A stretch of 64,000 bases of DNA from Takakia lepidozioides (GCA_030704615.1 CM060731.1:47306001-47370000), one strand, 5' to 3'. Shown: positions 40,101 to 52,729, counted from the first letter of the stretch. Translations and numbers: made by a program. The notes: generated by a model not told the origin, from the letters alone.

Positions 40101-41497
40101 ACCCAAGCATTCGACAAGTTTCCAGTTGTCATGCGAGTGACCAAGTCGATTCCACTCCCAAACCCACACGTCGACATTTTAAAAATGTAACAACGATCGG
40201 ATTCGCTGCCTTGCCCTGGAAACCTGTTACCTTGGATGTAGTCATATCTAGTCCTTCGTTTCACCTCCAGGATTGAGTGCATGGCCGACCCCCGGCCGAA
40301 CTCCTGCTTGCAAGATACGATGTGATTCCGCACATTCGGACTACAAACGTGCGAGACGGACTCCAACAGGTCAAGCATCTCCTCTTCGTTCAAGGGCACT
40401 CGGTCTGAACCATCTTTAGACATGATTTTGCCAAGAGCAATCTTGTGGGCTGCCTTCAGCTGAATCTGCTTTGGTCTGGCTCCGGGGCTCAATTTCACCT
40501 CCTCTTTTATGATGTCGTGTGCTTCCTGCACAACCTCCCGCATGTTGCCTCTCGCCAAGGGGTGGCAGTGGACCCCAACGTGTATGCAAGCTCTAGTCAA
40601 GTTCGGGAGCAAATGGATTACGTAATATTGCTTGGCTCTGTACATGGACATGCACGTCGGTGGTTCTTTGCAATGTGCGCACTTGAAAGTACCTGCAGGA
40701 GCTTGGCTGGAGACAATGAATGGATAATGGGTTGTGCAAGTCCAATCCGTCTCATTTCTCCGCCCTCGTTTGGAGAGAAAGTGGAAGCAGGCGGGATTGA
40801 GGCACCTCAACTTCCCGGCACAGAGGACGTATCGTACACGAACACCATCAGCAATTTTCGTGCTACTGGTCTTCGTCACACACCAGGGGTGTCCGTCATG
40901 CTTTCGATCCATGTCTGTTAACATCCCTGAGGCTTTGTTTGACGAAGTAACAGGTGGAAACTTGAAGATGACATTGCCATCGACTTCGGGAGGCAGATAC
41001 GTTACCTTCCTGACTGGAATTTGGCATAGTCGAGAGCAGCCAGCTTGGAGCGAGAACCATCGAGGTGATGTTGCCGTAGGAGCTACACAATGGACCGGGT
41101 TGGAGTTATGCTCGAGGGTACATGCGTGGCACCTGCAGAGACGTCCATGTCGGATTTGAACAACCGTGTGGAGGACATGGGGACCTCAATGCACTCATCT
41201 TCCTCGTCGGAAATGTCGAATACCTCCACACGAGAAGCTATGGAGGGTCTTGACGGTCCAGGTCGGGAATGATTATCGTTGCATACCTCTCTGTTGGCAG
41301 TGGCCGCCTGTCGGTTTCCCGACTCCTTTGTGGATGGTGTCGGAAGCGACTGATTCGGAAAGGGAATGGACAAGATGGTGTCTGATGGGGTAAGTGCCAC
41401 TCGATTCCGCAACCTCCGTCGTTACCTAGCATGACAATGGTCTCGTCAACCTGTCCAGGAACATCCTTCCTTTCTTCTTCCAAATAAACTGTGCCCG
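37135..41497 (-). mobile_element. Mutator-like element: GCM/WRKY-like Zn domain + DDE transposase + SWIM; pseudogenised; 5' part continues at 53513-~53790
   Basis: DGHPW...CAGKLRCLNPAC...CAHC...HVGVHCHP; VMFDH (D1); FMADNAHAN (D2); CGFH; TNMAESVHS (E, ~39429-39403); SWIM CNCTDF...CKH. Terminus AGGTTTACTATTTCATGAGC is shared with the 16412 copy. Confidence 0.85.
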
Positions 41498-41850
41498 TGT
41501 CAAGTTAAATAAGCACAGTGTGAAACTAACTAGAATAAAGCTAGTTATTTGTATTTAACACTTGGATTTAGGTCAAGTGTTTAATCAGGTGTCAAGTTTA
41601 GTTTGACACCTAAACCGTCTTATCTTCACGAGAGCGTCAGTCGCGCAGCTCATCTCTCTCGAGTTGAGCCTGCACGACCGAGCTCCTTCATCGTTTAGAA
41701 CTGAGTGTACTTATGATGGGAGGATAGGTTGTTGTGGGGTGGAGTCCCCATAGCTTGGGGTGCCCCTGACTCGACTATTATCTGAAAGAGTGATGATGAG
41801 ATGGATTTCATGTTTCTTGTGTTAAGAGTGTGTTCTTAGTTTTCTTATCA
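41498..41850 (+). repeat. LTR segment B1 (most of U3, R, U5)
   Basis: Near-identical to 53078-53426. Confidence 0.95.
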
Positions 41851-41864
41851 CTCGAGAGAGATGA
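41851..41864 (+). promoter_or_regulatory. Self-priming primer-binding site
   Basis: CTCGAGAGAGATGA is the exact reverse complement of TCATCTCTCTCGAG at 41650-41663; there is no TGG tRNA PBS. Confidence 0.75.
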
Positions 41865-42914
41865 CCTCTTACATGTGAGTGCAAGGTAGGAGTTGAGGGT
41901 TAGCACTTGTATGATTACCTGTGTGTAAGTAGTGCTTAGTTTAAGAAGCTTAAAAAAAAAAAAAAAAACCATGCAGGTTTCGATCATCTTTGGTTTCTGG
42001 GTGGTGGGGGAGGAGATGGGAGCGGAACGAGCTCCGTTGACTGTGCAGCGATGAGTCTCTCAACTCGAAAGCTTTGAGACGGTTGCGGGTGTCCTCATTG
42101 CGAATGACTGCATCTCCTCCAAACAGAACAAACTTGTCCTTGTTAGTGAACCCCCGCTCGTGGTTGCCTTGTGCAGAGCGTGTCCGGCTGCAACGCTGTC
42201 TGATTGCACAAACTTGTGTAGCTCCTGCTCCTCTACTCCAGTACACCACGGCCTTGTGGCTGAACACCTTGGTACCCAGGGCTGTCTTTGGCTGTGTTCC
42301 AAGCCTAGCTTTCACCCACTTTGGTATTTCACCTACACCTGCAGAACTGCTGGCTCCAACAGAGTTCTGACTGTCCAAAGCGATATTGAGTCCCTCAACG
42401 CCAACTACAGCAGTTTGTTGTCTACTGCTAATGCCTGACTCCCAATATGCAATCAATTCGTCCAACTGTTCTCCACTCAAATCAGTCTGAGTTCCTTGGG
42501 AAACATAAATCTTGTCCCCTTATATGCACAGGCTAAGAGACGAGACCTGCCCTTCAATTACGTCCTCATTTCCCCCAGCCATACAAGGAGGACATCCACA
42601 GATTTGTCTCTCATATAGACCAGAACAGGTTCTAGAAACAAAATTGTGGATCTTTCACGGCACACTCACACTCTAAAAATTCCATAGATTTTTAGCAGAG
42701 TCCCAAAAACAAAAACCAGGTCTAGATAGGTAGATTTCCCCTTTTTGTAGGTCCCTGCGCAAGTTTTGGGTCAAACGGCCTTGGTAGGCCAAAGTTATGG
42801 CCAAACAGGCTCTATCTAATTTAAATTAGATCAAAGAACGAATTTCTTTTAATTTTTCACACCCAACATGTTCTCGCCATTAAAAACTGTTCCCACATTT
42901 TTTGCGATTCAGTA

Positions 42915-43154
42915 CAGGTTCCCTAAGAATTCCTTGGACTCCTTCTTCAAACCTTCATAATAGCTTTCCAAGGCTAAAGCAGGAGAAGCCAATGTCAACA
43001 CAGGGGCCACGACCGCAGCCATCACAGCCCGTCGCTGCAAGGCTTCAGCGTCTGTTTTTGCTTGGCACCTCACAGGAGCCATCTTGAAAGAGACAGCGGC
43101 ATGGTGAGACGGCACAGCCACACAAGTTCCCACCAACGAAGAAGCGGATGCCAT
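42915..43154 (-). pseudogene. Captured host fragment: bipartite chloroplast transit peptide with twin-arginine (Tat) thylakoid-lumen signal
   Basis: MASASSLVG...VRCQA...LQRRAVMAAVVAPVLTLASPALA|LESYYEG. Confidence 0.6.
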
Positions 43155-43999
43155 AATGCTTGAGGAAACTGAGTGACGCCAGTGGTTGAACTCTTCCGTG
43201 GTTGACAATTGCAGGTTGCATGTGCTGCGGGCTTACCAAATAGATATGGCCAGTTCTGTAGCAGACAAGTTCGCTGCAGAATTTTGAGAGCTCAAACGCG
43301 AAGAAAAGTTGTGATTTTGGATGGCGAGAGAGTGAAGAAGTCGCAATGATTTGTACGCATGCGCTCCGAAAGCCAGAGAGATGCTAGGGTTATTGCAGGT
43401 GATTAAGGCCATGCCGGTGTGTTTGGTTTTTTCTGTCGGAGCCACATTGCTAAAGCGAACTTGGAGGATGTTGCCTTGGCCCATGATGGAGTGCAGCGCC
43501 TCTGTAGTGGCAGGCTGTGAGTGGAGGGAGTTGAGGTGTTTGAGAACCAGTGTCAACGCGTCCCTTTCAGGTACGATCTCGTGAGCTGTGGCGGCAATCC
43601 CGATCGGCTGGTCCGTAGAATCTTGAGTTGTGGTCGGATCAGCATATTTTCAACGCGAACTCCCTGCACTTGCATTCTTTGTTTGGTGTCTTCAGATGCA
43701 ATGTAGATGAAGCAGAACTTAGAATCAGCCTTGGCATTGTGTACATGGAGGATTTCAAACTCGTCTCCATGAAATACGTTTCCATGAAATACGTTTCCAT
43801 GATCAGGCGCTAGTGACAGCTACTTGACATTGTGATATCGACCACGGAGGGAGCAGATTCGTTGCCAGAGAGTGTTTTCTTGTGTACACGGGGATACTGT
43901 ATCCTGCTACAGGAATCCACCAGAAGGAAAGCTACACGCAGCAATGGCCTCTACTCACACAATGCTATGTAAATGTTTCTCAAGGAGAAAAGAAGAGAA

Positions 44000-44620
44000 G
44001 CAAGGTTGGGCGGCAGTTGTTACAGGAATCTGGCCTGCTTGGAGGACATGAGACTTCAAATTCGGAAGGAGCTTCCTCATGATATTTCGCGATGGAGAAA
44101 GCCATCAGGTGAAGTTGTTGACAGTACTGATGCTGCCGTAACAGAGCCTGCAGCTCCTGCTTTTGAACTCGAAGTAGTTTCTGCTGCAGCACCTGGAGCT
44201 GGCCGAGACTGCTGCAGTTGCGGAGCCTACTCCAGTGGTGGATGCAGTAACTCCTGCTCCCGAGGCCGATGTATCTGTTGTGATACCAGAGACAGAAACC
44301 AAAGAAGTTGTGCCCACTGAGACTGAGACGAAGGAGGCGGTCTCTGCCAAGACAGGGCTTTCCAAGGAGACTGTAGTTGAAGAGCGAGATGAGAGTATCC
44401 CTGAAGATGTAGCTATGTGGGGCGTCCCTTTGCTCCACACCAAGGGGGATGAGCGAACTCGGTGCAAATCACAGAGCTGAAGAACTTCCCATTTTTCTCC
44501 CCTACCAAGAAAGAACTGAGGATAGCTACAAATGAGGCTCGGGTGTTGTTGCAGGATAATTACCCGGAACTGGTTGTGAAAAAGGTTTTCACCAACGTCC
44601 CGTTTCATCAATTGCAAGCT
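44000..44620 (+). pseudogene. Captured patellin (Sec14/CRAL-TRIO) fragment with internal deletion
   Basis: Acidic repeats, then VAMWGVPLL..KGDERT fused to KELRIATNEARVLLQDNYPELVVKKVFTNVP. Confidence 0.8.
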
Positions 44621-45282
44621 TCCCTGCCGTTGTTGTTGTGCGAGCTCATATCAGACCCTACCTTTGTTTTCTTTAGTGTTCAGTGAGCGGGAGATAGAGG
44701 AGTATTGCTTTGTCTCTACTTGGCAGAAAGAGGAGGAGGGTTGGTTAGAGCGAGCTACTGTAGCTTGGGACAAGGTTAGTGGCAGGTTTCTGGACATAGA
44801 TATACCTACCTACACCTTACCATCATGCAGAGCGAGGCACTTTGAGAGAAGTCTGGCAGTTGATAACATAGATCAGGATTAGATCTTGCTTGGTCGGGCT
44901 TCTATTCTTCCCCTCCATCTCTGTACTATTTTCATTACCTTGTACTTGTAGTTGCCAAAGCCTCTCTTGGTGGAGGCCAGTCAGTCCGGGGTTTTGGGCT
45001 GGGATATTCTGCAGGTCAGCACTGCAGATGGATTTTGGTGTGGGGGTGTTGATGTTTTGATTTCTTGTGTTTGGATCCCCCCCAACACCTGCATGCTTGA
45101 CTGTGCGCCATGTTGGTTTTGTGTGGGCACTTGCTTTCATAGGGATTAGGCCGGATTTGATCACCGGTCAATCCTAGAGTATGCTGTCGGTGGTGAGGCT
45201 GGAGTGATGACTAGCAAGACCACCAGTGTTTCTTCTATGGTGAGACTGGGTTGATGACCAGCCAACCTTAGGAGTTCTTGCG

Positions 45283-47000
45283 GTGGATGCAGGTGCAGGT
45301 GCCCTGAGCCACTGGGATATGACCCTTAAACTGCAACAAGTACCTACCCGTGTCACTATTAGAATTAGTAATAGAGCCTTAAAGTGTCACGTGGGGGAGG
45401 TGCACATTGTGAGTGTCATCACGGAGTTACCCAGGGGTTCTGAGGGGAGCACGGCTACAGGCAGTAGCAGTGAGAGTGGGTTCACCAGACGAGGTGTTCA
45501 TTTCAGACCACCTTCACCTCCACCTTCAACTAGTGCAGAGTCAGACATAGACTCGGAGGCTTCATCAACAGGTGTGCAGTTTCATTCGCCATTGTTGTGG
45601 GACGACATGGAGGAGATGTATGGAGCTACCAAGGGCCTCGTAGGTACTCTGGAGCTGTGGGCACAATCGAGTTGGATGACTTTATCCAGGGTTCGACAGC
45701 TGGTGTGATTTGCAGCAGATGCGCAATCCACAGCTATTCACCCCATTCATGGCGTGGAAGGGATTGTTCCAGCATTTGGAAGGCCCGCCTATGGACGATT
45801 ACCACGAGTTCAGGCGAGGACATGAAGCAGAGATTGAGGAGTGGAGGATGTATTGGTCACCTGACTACGTCTCCATTACTCAAGGCACGACGCGACCAGT
45901 AGCTGCATCAGTACCAATATCTCCCACTGCCAGCACTAGTAGTGGAACAAGTAGTGCCGGTACTTCTGCAAGTGGTACCAGTTCAAAAGGTGCTACTACT
46001 CCTCCTGCCACGACTACAACACATGTGCCTAGATTCAACCTGGTGGTGGAGTTCTTCCAGGAGTTGTGGAGGAACTACCAAGGTGTACGGACAGAGAAGC
46101 TGCGAAGTTTGCAAGACTTCCAGCGCAAACCCAATGAGAGCCTGCGAGAGGCGTACACTCGTATGAGGCGCTTGATAAGTGTGACCCAAGGGGTTACTGA
46201 AGCTCAGGCAATCCAGTTCTGGTATGGAATTTTGGACAAGGAGCTCAGGAGAAGGGTGCGGGATGCAACCCTGTTACAAGTAGCCCACCCACATTAGCAG
46301 TGTTTTCTGCTGCTGAGCGATTGAGCTAACATAGTGGAGGAGCGAGTTGTTACCATTGGATTGGCAAAGACATGCCTGCACGAGGCGCACTGCCAGCCCA
46401 CAGGCACAATGGACGGCCCAACAAACGTGGTAAGGGGGGCAAGGTTTCCCAACCCAAGTTCCATGGAGGCTTACAGGGGACCTCAGGTGCAGAGGGCCGT
46501 GGCATCTTTTGCAGGCCAACAGCAACCAGGGGTGATATGTTGGACATGTGGAGGACCCATGTCAAGAGAGATTGCCCAGAGAGTGGCAGAAGGCCGGCAC
46601 AAGCAACAGCCTGCACAGTTGCAGTGTTGGGCATTGTGGCAAGTATGGGCATAGAGATGCCCAGTGTTATGACTTGCATCCTGAGTTGCGCCCAGGCCAG
46701 TTCCAAGGAACAATGGTGGCCGGGGGCGAGGTGGACCAGCCCAGAGAGGACGAGGTGGTCGGGCACAAGTGCAGGCCAAGGGCAAAGCTCAACAATGGCC
46801 AAGGAGCGGAGGTCCGGGTGTTGACCAAGGCATGGCCAACCTGCTTTCAGTAAGCTAGAGCAGAGGCTCGCTGCCATGGCCACAGCTCAGGCGGTACCAC
46901 GGCCCAGGCGGGATGGTCCACCTCCTGCGCCTGAGGGAGGAGATATAGGAGGCATGGGATTCATGTGCGGAGCAGCGCTAACACTAGAGCAGGTGGAGTC
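45283..47000 (+). pseudogene. gag of the DNMT-Gypsy element (frameshifted)
   Basis: LQDFQRKPNESLREAYTRM; knuckles CWTCGGPHVKRDC and CGHCGKYGHRDAQC. Confidence 0.8.
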
Positions 47001-47589
47001 TGCTGCAGCCGTGACTCGAGAGCATCACGAGTTCCTGAGCCACGAGGTGCAGAGGTGGAATTGGATCCACAGCGTGGGGGAGGCAAGCCGTCATGCGAGG
47101 CTTCCTCAGTCATTCACATTGGCGAAGACAGTGTCGACGCCATCCATGGACCATAGTTCTCCGCCCGACTGTTACCGAGGCGGATGTTACTATGCCATTG
47201 GGGAGAGCTACACGTGCAGCACTGACCACCTGCTACCAAGGCTAGTGCAGCCGGTGTGTTGTTGGGCAGCCACGTCTGTGTGTCAAGCCCCACTGTTTTC
47301 GTCAGGCAACCATGATTGCGACCGCCGGGGGTCAGAAAACCAGCTGCCAGTGTCAAACTAGCAGCACACTCTGTGAGAGTGGGGAGGTACTTTCACTTCA
47401 TCTTCTGGCGGAGTTAGTGGAAGGTTTAGTGGCAGAGGGATCCTCGATTTGAGGGTCAAGACTGCCATGCAAGCTACAGCTGCCAGTTGACGGAGCTGCC
47501 AGCTAGGTCCAGCCTTTGAGCGCGCCATGGTGACACCTGGAGTTGTCGTTGTTAGACAACCAAGATGACATTTTCACTTTGAGTGGACC

Positions 47590-47920
47590 AGCAGCAAGAT
47601 TACCAGCCACTGCGGGTCTTGTTGGACTCGGGCAGCTCACCATTGATGTTGGGCAGAGCTGCTATTGCAGGTTTGGGCCTCATGGAGGGCGGATATGGAG
47701 CCTTGTCCTTTCCAGATACAGACATCTCTGGAGGATCAAAGCAGGCTCGGGGCATGACACGGCGTGAGTTGGCATTGGACTACAGCCGGATCATCCTGTA
47801 GATGGCTCAGTGATGTGAGCCAAGCCATTGTGACAGACCGCGTCTCTTACGATGTCCTCATTGGTGGGGCAGTGTTATTTCCCATGGGCTTCACTCTGGA
47901 CTTTTTGGAGGAGTCCAGCA
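47590..47920 (+). pseudogene. Aspartic protease domain
   Basis: LRVLLDSGSSPLML ... SYDVLIG. Confidence 0.85.
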
Positions 47921-48335
47921 TCCTACAGGCCTGGATGGCCGTCATGGGATGGTCGTCGTGACACAGCTCCCTGTGACATTCATTGGGGGTATTGCGGCTG
48001 CCCAACAGGGCAAGATGCCAACACTAGCCGCCTTTACACTGCAGTTAGTTGGCCTGAGAGTTTGCTGGAAGGCAATGCCCATGCAGAGGATGTGCCACCT
48101 CCAGCAGAGTAGGATGAACATGCATGGTATGGCGGAGTTGCCTGCCATGGTTGCTCACACTCCATTGTGGGGTACGAGCAAGGATTTGCAGCAGGTTGCT
48201 GATCGACGGGTGCAACAAGCCTGGGTAGAGACCTTTTGTACCGTCAGGACAGGAGGAAGTGCGGGTATTGCACCAGGACCACCTCAGTTATCACCATTGG
48301 ATATACCACCCTATTGTGTGGCAGTATCCGGATGA

Positions 48336-49290
48336 GGCATTTGCCTTCTGGACTTGTGTGGCGGGATCAGCACTGGATTGGCTGCTGTGGGCTACAGGTA
48401 GGTGTGCGGGTAAGGCGTTACCTGTATGTGGAGAGGGATAGAGACCTGCACGACGCGTCTCATGCGCCATGTTGCTCAGTTGGTACAGCATTACCCTGCT
48501 TTGTTGCCAGTGTCTGCAGTTCGTGGATACCAACAAGCCTTGCCAACAGACATTCGTTGCTGGGGGCGCCAGATTTGGAGCAGGTTGGCTCCATTGATCT
48601 GGTAGTGGCAGGCTGGCCCTGCCAAGGGCATTCATCAGCCGGCATGGCAGGGATTGCGAGACTCTAGGACGGGTCTGTTTTGGGAGATGGTGCGGATTTT
48701 GCGCCACTTGCAGCTTCACCAGCGTATCGCCAGCATACATTTTGGAGAATGTGCCACTGATGGGCGATTCTCGGGCCAGGGTGATGGCCAGTGTTGCATC
48801 AAGTCCGGTCGTGGCTTGGGTCAGCAGTGCTGTTGGATGCAGCACAGTGGGATCACGGGCTCATCGTCCACGGCTATGGTGGACTAACTTGATGCCACCC
48901 CACTGCTCAAGCGTGCATTTGAGGGGTACAGCGGCCAACACACCTCACAGTGGACAAACATTTTGGGACCAGGGAGGCAGTCTCACGTGTGAGACACGAT
49001 GACCATTCGCCTTTGGCAGTGGTCAACAGGGTGGGTCAACCACGAGCAGCATTACCTACATTGCTCAGCTTCCCAGGATTCCATGCGTTCGGGATGGTGG
49101 ACCTACCTGGCCTCATGTGGGATGCTTCAGTTGCGCAGTTTAGTGGACCTAATGCCAACGAGCAAGAGCGGGCTATGGGGTTTTTCCACTGGGACCACGG
49201 CGGTGCCTTCTCTTTCTGAGGCATCACGTCGTCAGGTGTTGGGGCCAAGCAATGGATCTCAATTGCTTGACCTGGATTATCAGCTTGGCT
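48336..49290 (+). pseudogene. C5-cytosine DNA methyltransferase domain, DNMT3-like (frameshifted)
   Basis: Motif I LLDLCGGISTG; II VRRYLYVERD; IV IDLVVAGWPCQG (48596-48628); V RTGLFWEMVRIL; VI ENV (48745-48753); VIII SRAHRPRLWWTNL; IX EQERAMGF; X SRRQVLG..MDLNCL. Confidence 0.9.
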
Positions 49291-49729
49291 ATGGCTGAGC
49301 AACGTAGAGTGCGGAGTGCACTTCCTTGACTGTCTCTCTGCCTACCGAGACGGTACAGGCAGCGAGTGGGGGCGAGCCGGTGAGGACCACGGGGTGTAGA
49401 CATCCATGGCACACGTGGGAGGTGCTCGAGGTTCAGAGGGAGTTGGTAGCCAAGGCAGCTGTGATGGATAAGGTTGGGGATTCTTCTCGGGATGATGAGG
49501 TCCTCAAGGATGAGATGATGGGGCAGGATGAGGCCTTGTCATTGACTGAGCAGGCAGCGATTACTGCTCAAGAGGTTGCGGCATAGCAACCATGGGACGC
49601 GTCTTCTACCTCTAAGCCCACTGGACTTAAGGTTGCAGTTACGGAGGACAATTGGGAGCCTGACATTGGACCCATTGTCACCGGAGGAGAGAGACGACGT
49701 ATACGGTGGTTCCTGAGGGCTTACAGGAA

Positions 49730-51080
49730 TTGCTTTGCCTTCAGTTGAAGGACTTAGGAGCACTGAAGGGTCAAGAGATTCGCATTGAATTGGCTACTGA
49801 CATGCCAATCTTTCGGAGACCCTATAGATACAGTGACATGGAGAGGTCCTTGATTTAGATGAGAACTCAGGACCTTTGGGAGGCTGGTTTGGTGGAGCTA
49901 TCTAGGGGAGAGTATGCTTCAGCCACAGTGATGCCAGCCAAGATGGATGTCTATGGCAATTGGACGGAGAGACGTATGTGCGGTGATTACCGGCCTGTAA
50001 ATCGTCAGACCAAGTCCGATAGGTATGCCATGCCGACACCAGAGGAGATCTTTGATGCCATTGGGCATGCCAAGGCTTTAGCACGTTGGATTTACGATCC
50101 GGATATCACCAGTTGCCGATCACGGAGGCGGATAAGCAAAGACGGCTTCTGGGGGATCAATGAGCACGGGAAGGATTGCTATACCAGTGGCGGTTCTTAC
50201 CATTTGGGCTTAAGAACGCTCCGGCAGAATTTCAGAGAGTCATGGACAGGATTCTAGCAGGGGTGGAGTTTGCTCGGTGCTACATAGATGACATCATCAT
50301 TTTTAGTGCTACGGTGGAAGAGCATGAGAGACACCTTCAGGGGTATTTGAGCGCTTGAGGGCGCACGGATTGAAGTTACATCCGGGAAAGTGCAAGTTTT
50401 TCCACAACCAAATTGAGTATCTGGGTCACATGATATATCCTGGAGGATTGGGGGTACAGCAGACTAAGGTAGAGTCCATTGCACAAGTTCCACGCCCCAC
50501 GGATGTGAGCCGGGTTCGAGCTTTCATGGGTTAGCAAACCTATTATAGACGGTTTGTTAAGGGATTTAGTGCCATTGCAAAGGCTCTAACCAAGCTAACC
50601 AAGGTGGACCAGGAGTGACAGTGGGGAGATGAGCAAGAACAAGCTTTTCAAGAGCTCAAGGCGAGGTTGACCTCGGCGCCCATCTTGAGACGACCTATCA
50701 GGGGGCGTCCTTTTCAGCTGCATACAGATTGAAGCATGCTGGGGCTTGGAACGGTGCTCATACAGGTGGATGATGAGGGAAGAGAGTTCGTAGTGGCTTA
50801 TGCTAGCCGCTCGAACAACGTTGCAGAGTCTAAGTATAGCTCATATGATGGAGAATGCTTAGCTGCAGTGTGGGCCGTGGGATACTTCAGGTGCTATCTA
50901 TACGGCAATCTCTTCACCTTTGTCCGGATCACCAACCACTCAAGTGGTTGATGGAGTCAGACAAGCTTCGGGAAGCTTGCACGGTTGGCACTCATCCTTC
51001 AAGAGTATGACTTTTCAGGTGGTGCATCGACCGTGGTTTTGGCCAATCGCAATGCAGATGGGTTGAGTCGCAATCCATGC
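49730..51080 (+). pseudogene. Reverse transcriptase and RNase H
   Basis: RMCGDYRPVN, LPFGLKNAPAEFQ, CYIDDIIIFS; FQLHTD, VVAYASR, ECLAAVWAV. Confidence 0.95.
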
Positions 51081-51450
51081 ACGAGCCAGCATGATGACAC
51101 TGGAGCTCGTGGCAGGTGAGACGGACGAGGAATGGTGCCCGGATGTCATGCAATCTTATTTCTGTGTATCTTGGCAGCGAAGGCCAGGTTGGACCTGCAA
51201 ACCAGGGATGAACTGTAGATACAAGTGTCTGAGGACCCCCTGAGGCCAACAATGAGGCAGTCGCCAAAATATACATGGGATTCAGTTGTGTTGGATTAAC
51301 CTCCGCACTGAGCACTGCAGCCACCGGTGACTGCCACGGAGAGGATCGGATCCTACAACGAGCCAAGAGGTTTCAGTGGGAGGGAACCCTGCTCAAGTGG
51401 GAGGGGACACACCTGCTCCAAGTGTGGGAGGATGGTTGTTTGAGTGAGGA

Positions 51451-52729
51451 TTGTGCCTCACCCAACACAGCGGGACACGGTTACGCGGCATGCCCATGAG
51501 GAGTTGGGGCATTTTGGGGTGCGACGCACTCATAGTCTACTGTAGCGGGCAGTATTGGTGGCGTGGTATGCACACAGAGGTGCAACAATTTGTGGCTAGG
51601 TGCATGGTGTGTGACAGGGTGAGTGCTTCATTCAACGCCCCTACTCCACAATTGCACCCTTCTGATCATGGGATTGGGCTACAGTGGAGTCTTGACTTCG
51701 CAGCAGGGCCGTTGTCACTGACCATGCGCCACAACAAGTACGTGTTGGTGATGGTGGAGCACTTCTCCAAGTGGATTGAATTGGTTCCATTGCCTGATAA
51801 GGCTAGTGAGGAGCTGCGTATGCATTTGGATTGTGTGCTTAGCCGATTCGGTGCTCCAGCTGAGGTACTCACGGACAAGGGAGAGAGTTCTTGGGGGAGT
51901 TTCAGGCTTTGTGTGACAAGGCCTTGATAGACCACCGCACCACTTCTCGGGATCATCCTGAGGCCGATGGCTTGGAAGAGAGAGTTGTTCACACAGTAAA
52001 GAGGGATGTGCGCAAGTATGGCTTGCAGAAGGGACACCTAGGAGATTGGGACCTTCAGTACCCTGGTTAGCCATGGGCTACAGGTTCAGCAAGCAAGCAT
52101 CATTGCCTCCTTTTCACCATACTTTCTTCTCTTTGGCCGAGAGCCGGATTTGCCTACATCCATTCGCAGGGAAGCTGCTACAGTTCTTAACCTTGACGAT
52201 CCGGACGTGTGGGCACGTGCATGTGAGCAGCGTGCAGAGTTGTTCAAGAAAGTTATGCCCATGGCTTCGAGAACTTGCCATTGCACAACACCGTGATACG
52301 TTGAGGTATGCTACCATACGTGGTGGGGGCTATCGTTCTGGGGCTCGGAGATTCAACCCTGGTGACTATATCTATCTGCAGCAGACTGCTCCTACAACCT
52401 TGGATGTGACTGCATGACGTGTTATTTTGAGGGTTCGAGAGGTCTTGCCCTCAGGCGTCGTGGTCTTGGAGGGTTGGGAGGGCATAACTTGGAAGGACCA
52501 TGTGCGTAATTGTGCGTCATGTCACCTTCCGAATGTCGATGGCAGGATTGACCCAAACCTGGCAGTGGTATCTGCAAGTTTGAGGTGCATGTTGTGTGGG
52601 TCTGCTAAAGGGGCAGCCACCATGTTGGTGTGTGATCGATGCTCTAGAGGTTAGCATACGGGATGCCTGACTCCACCTCTTGAGATGGTTCCGGATGGGG
52701 ATTGGTTATGTCCAGAATGCATTGGATAG
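51451..52729 (+). pseudogene. DDE integrase with C-terminal PHD finger (52586-52720)
   Basis: HEELGH..YWWRGM..CMVC; WSLDF; EHFSKWIE; VLTD; HPEADG; CMLC...LVCDRC...*HTGCLTPPL..VPDGDWLCPEC. Confidence 0.9.
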
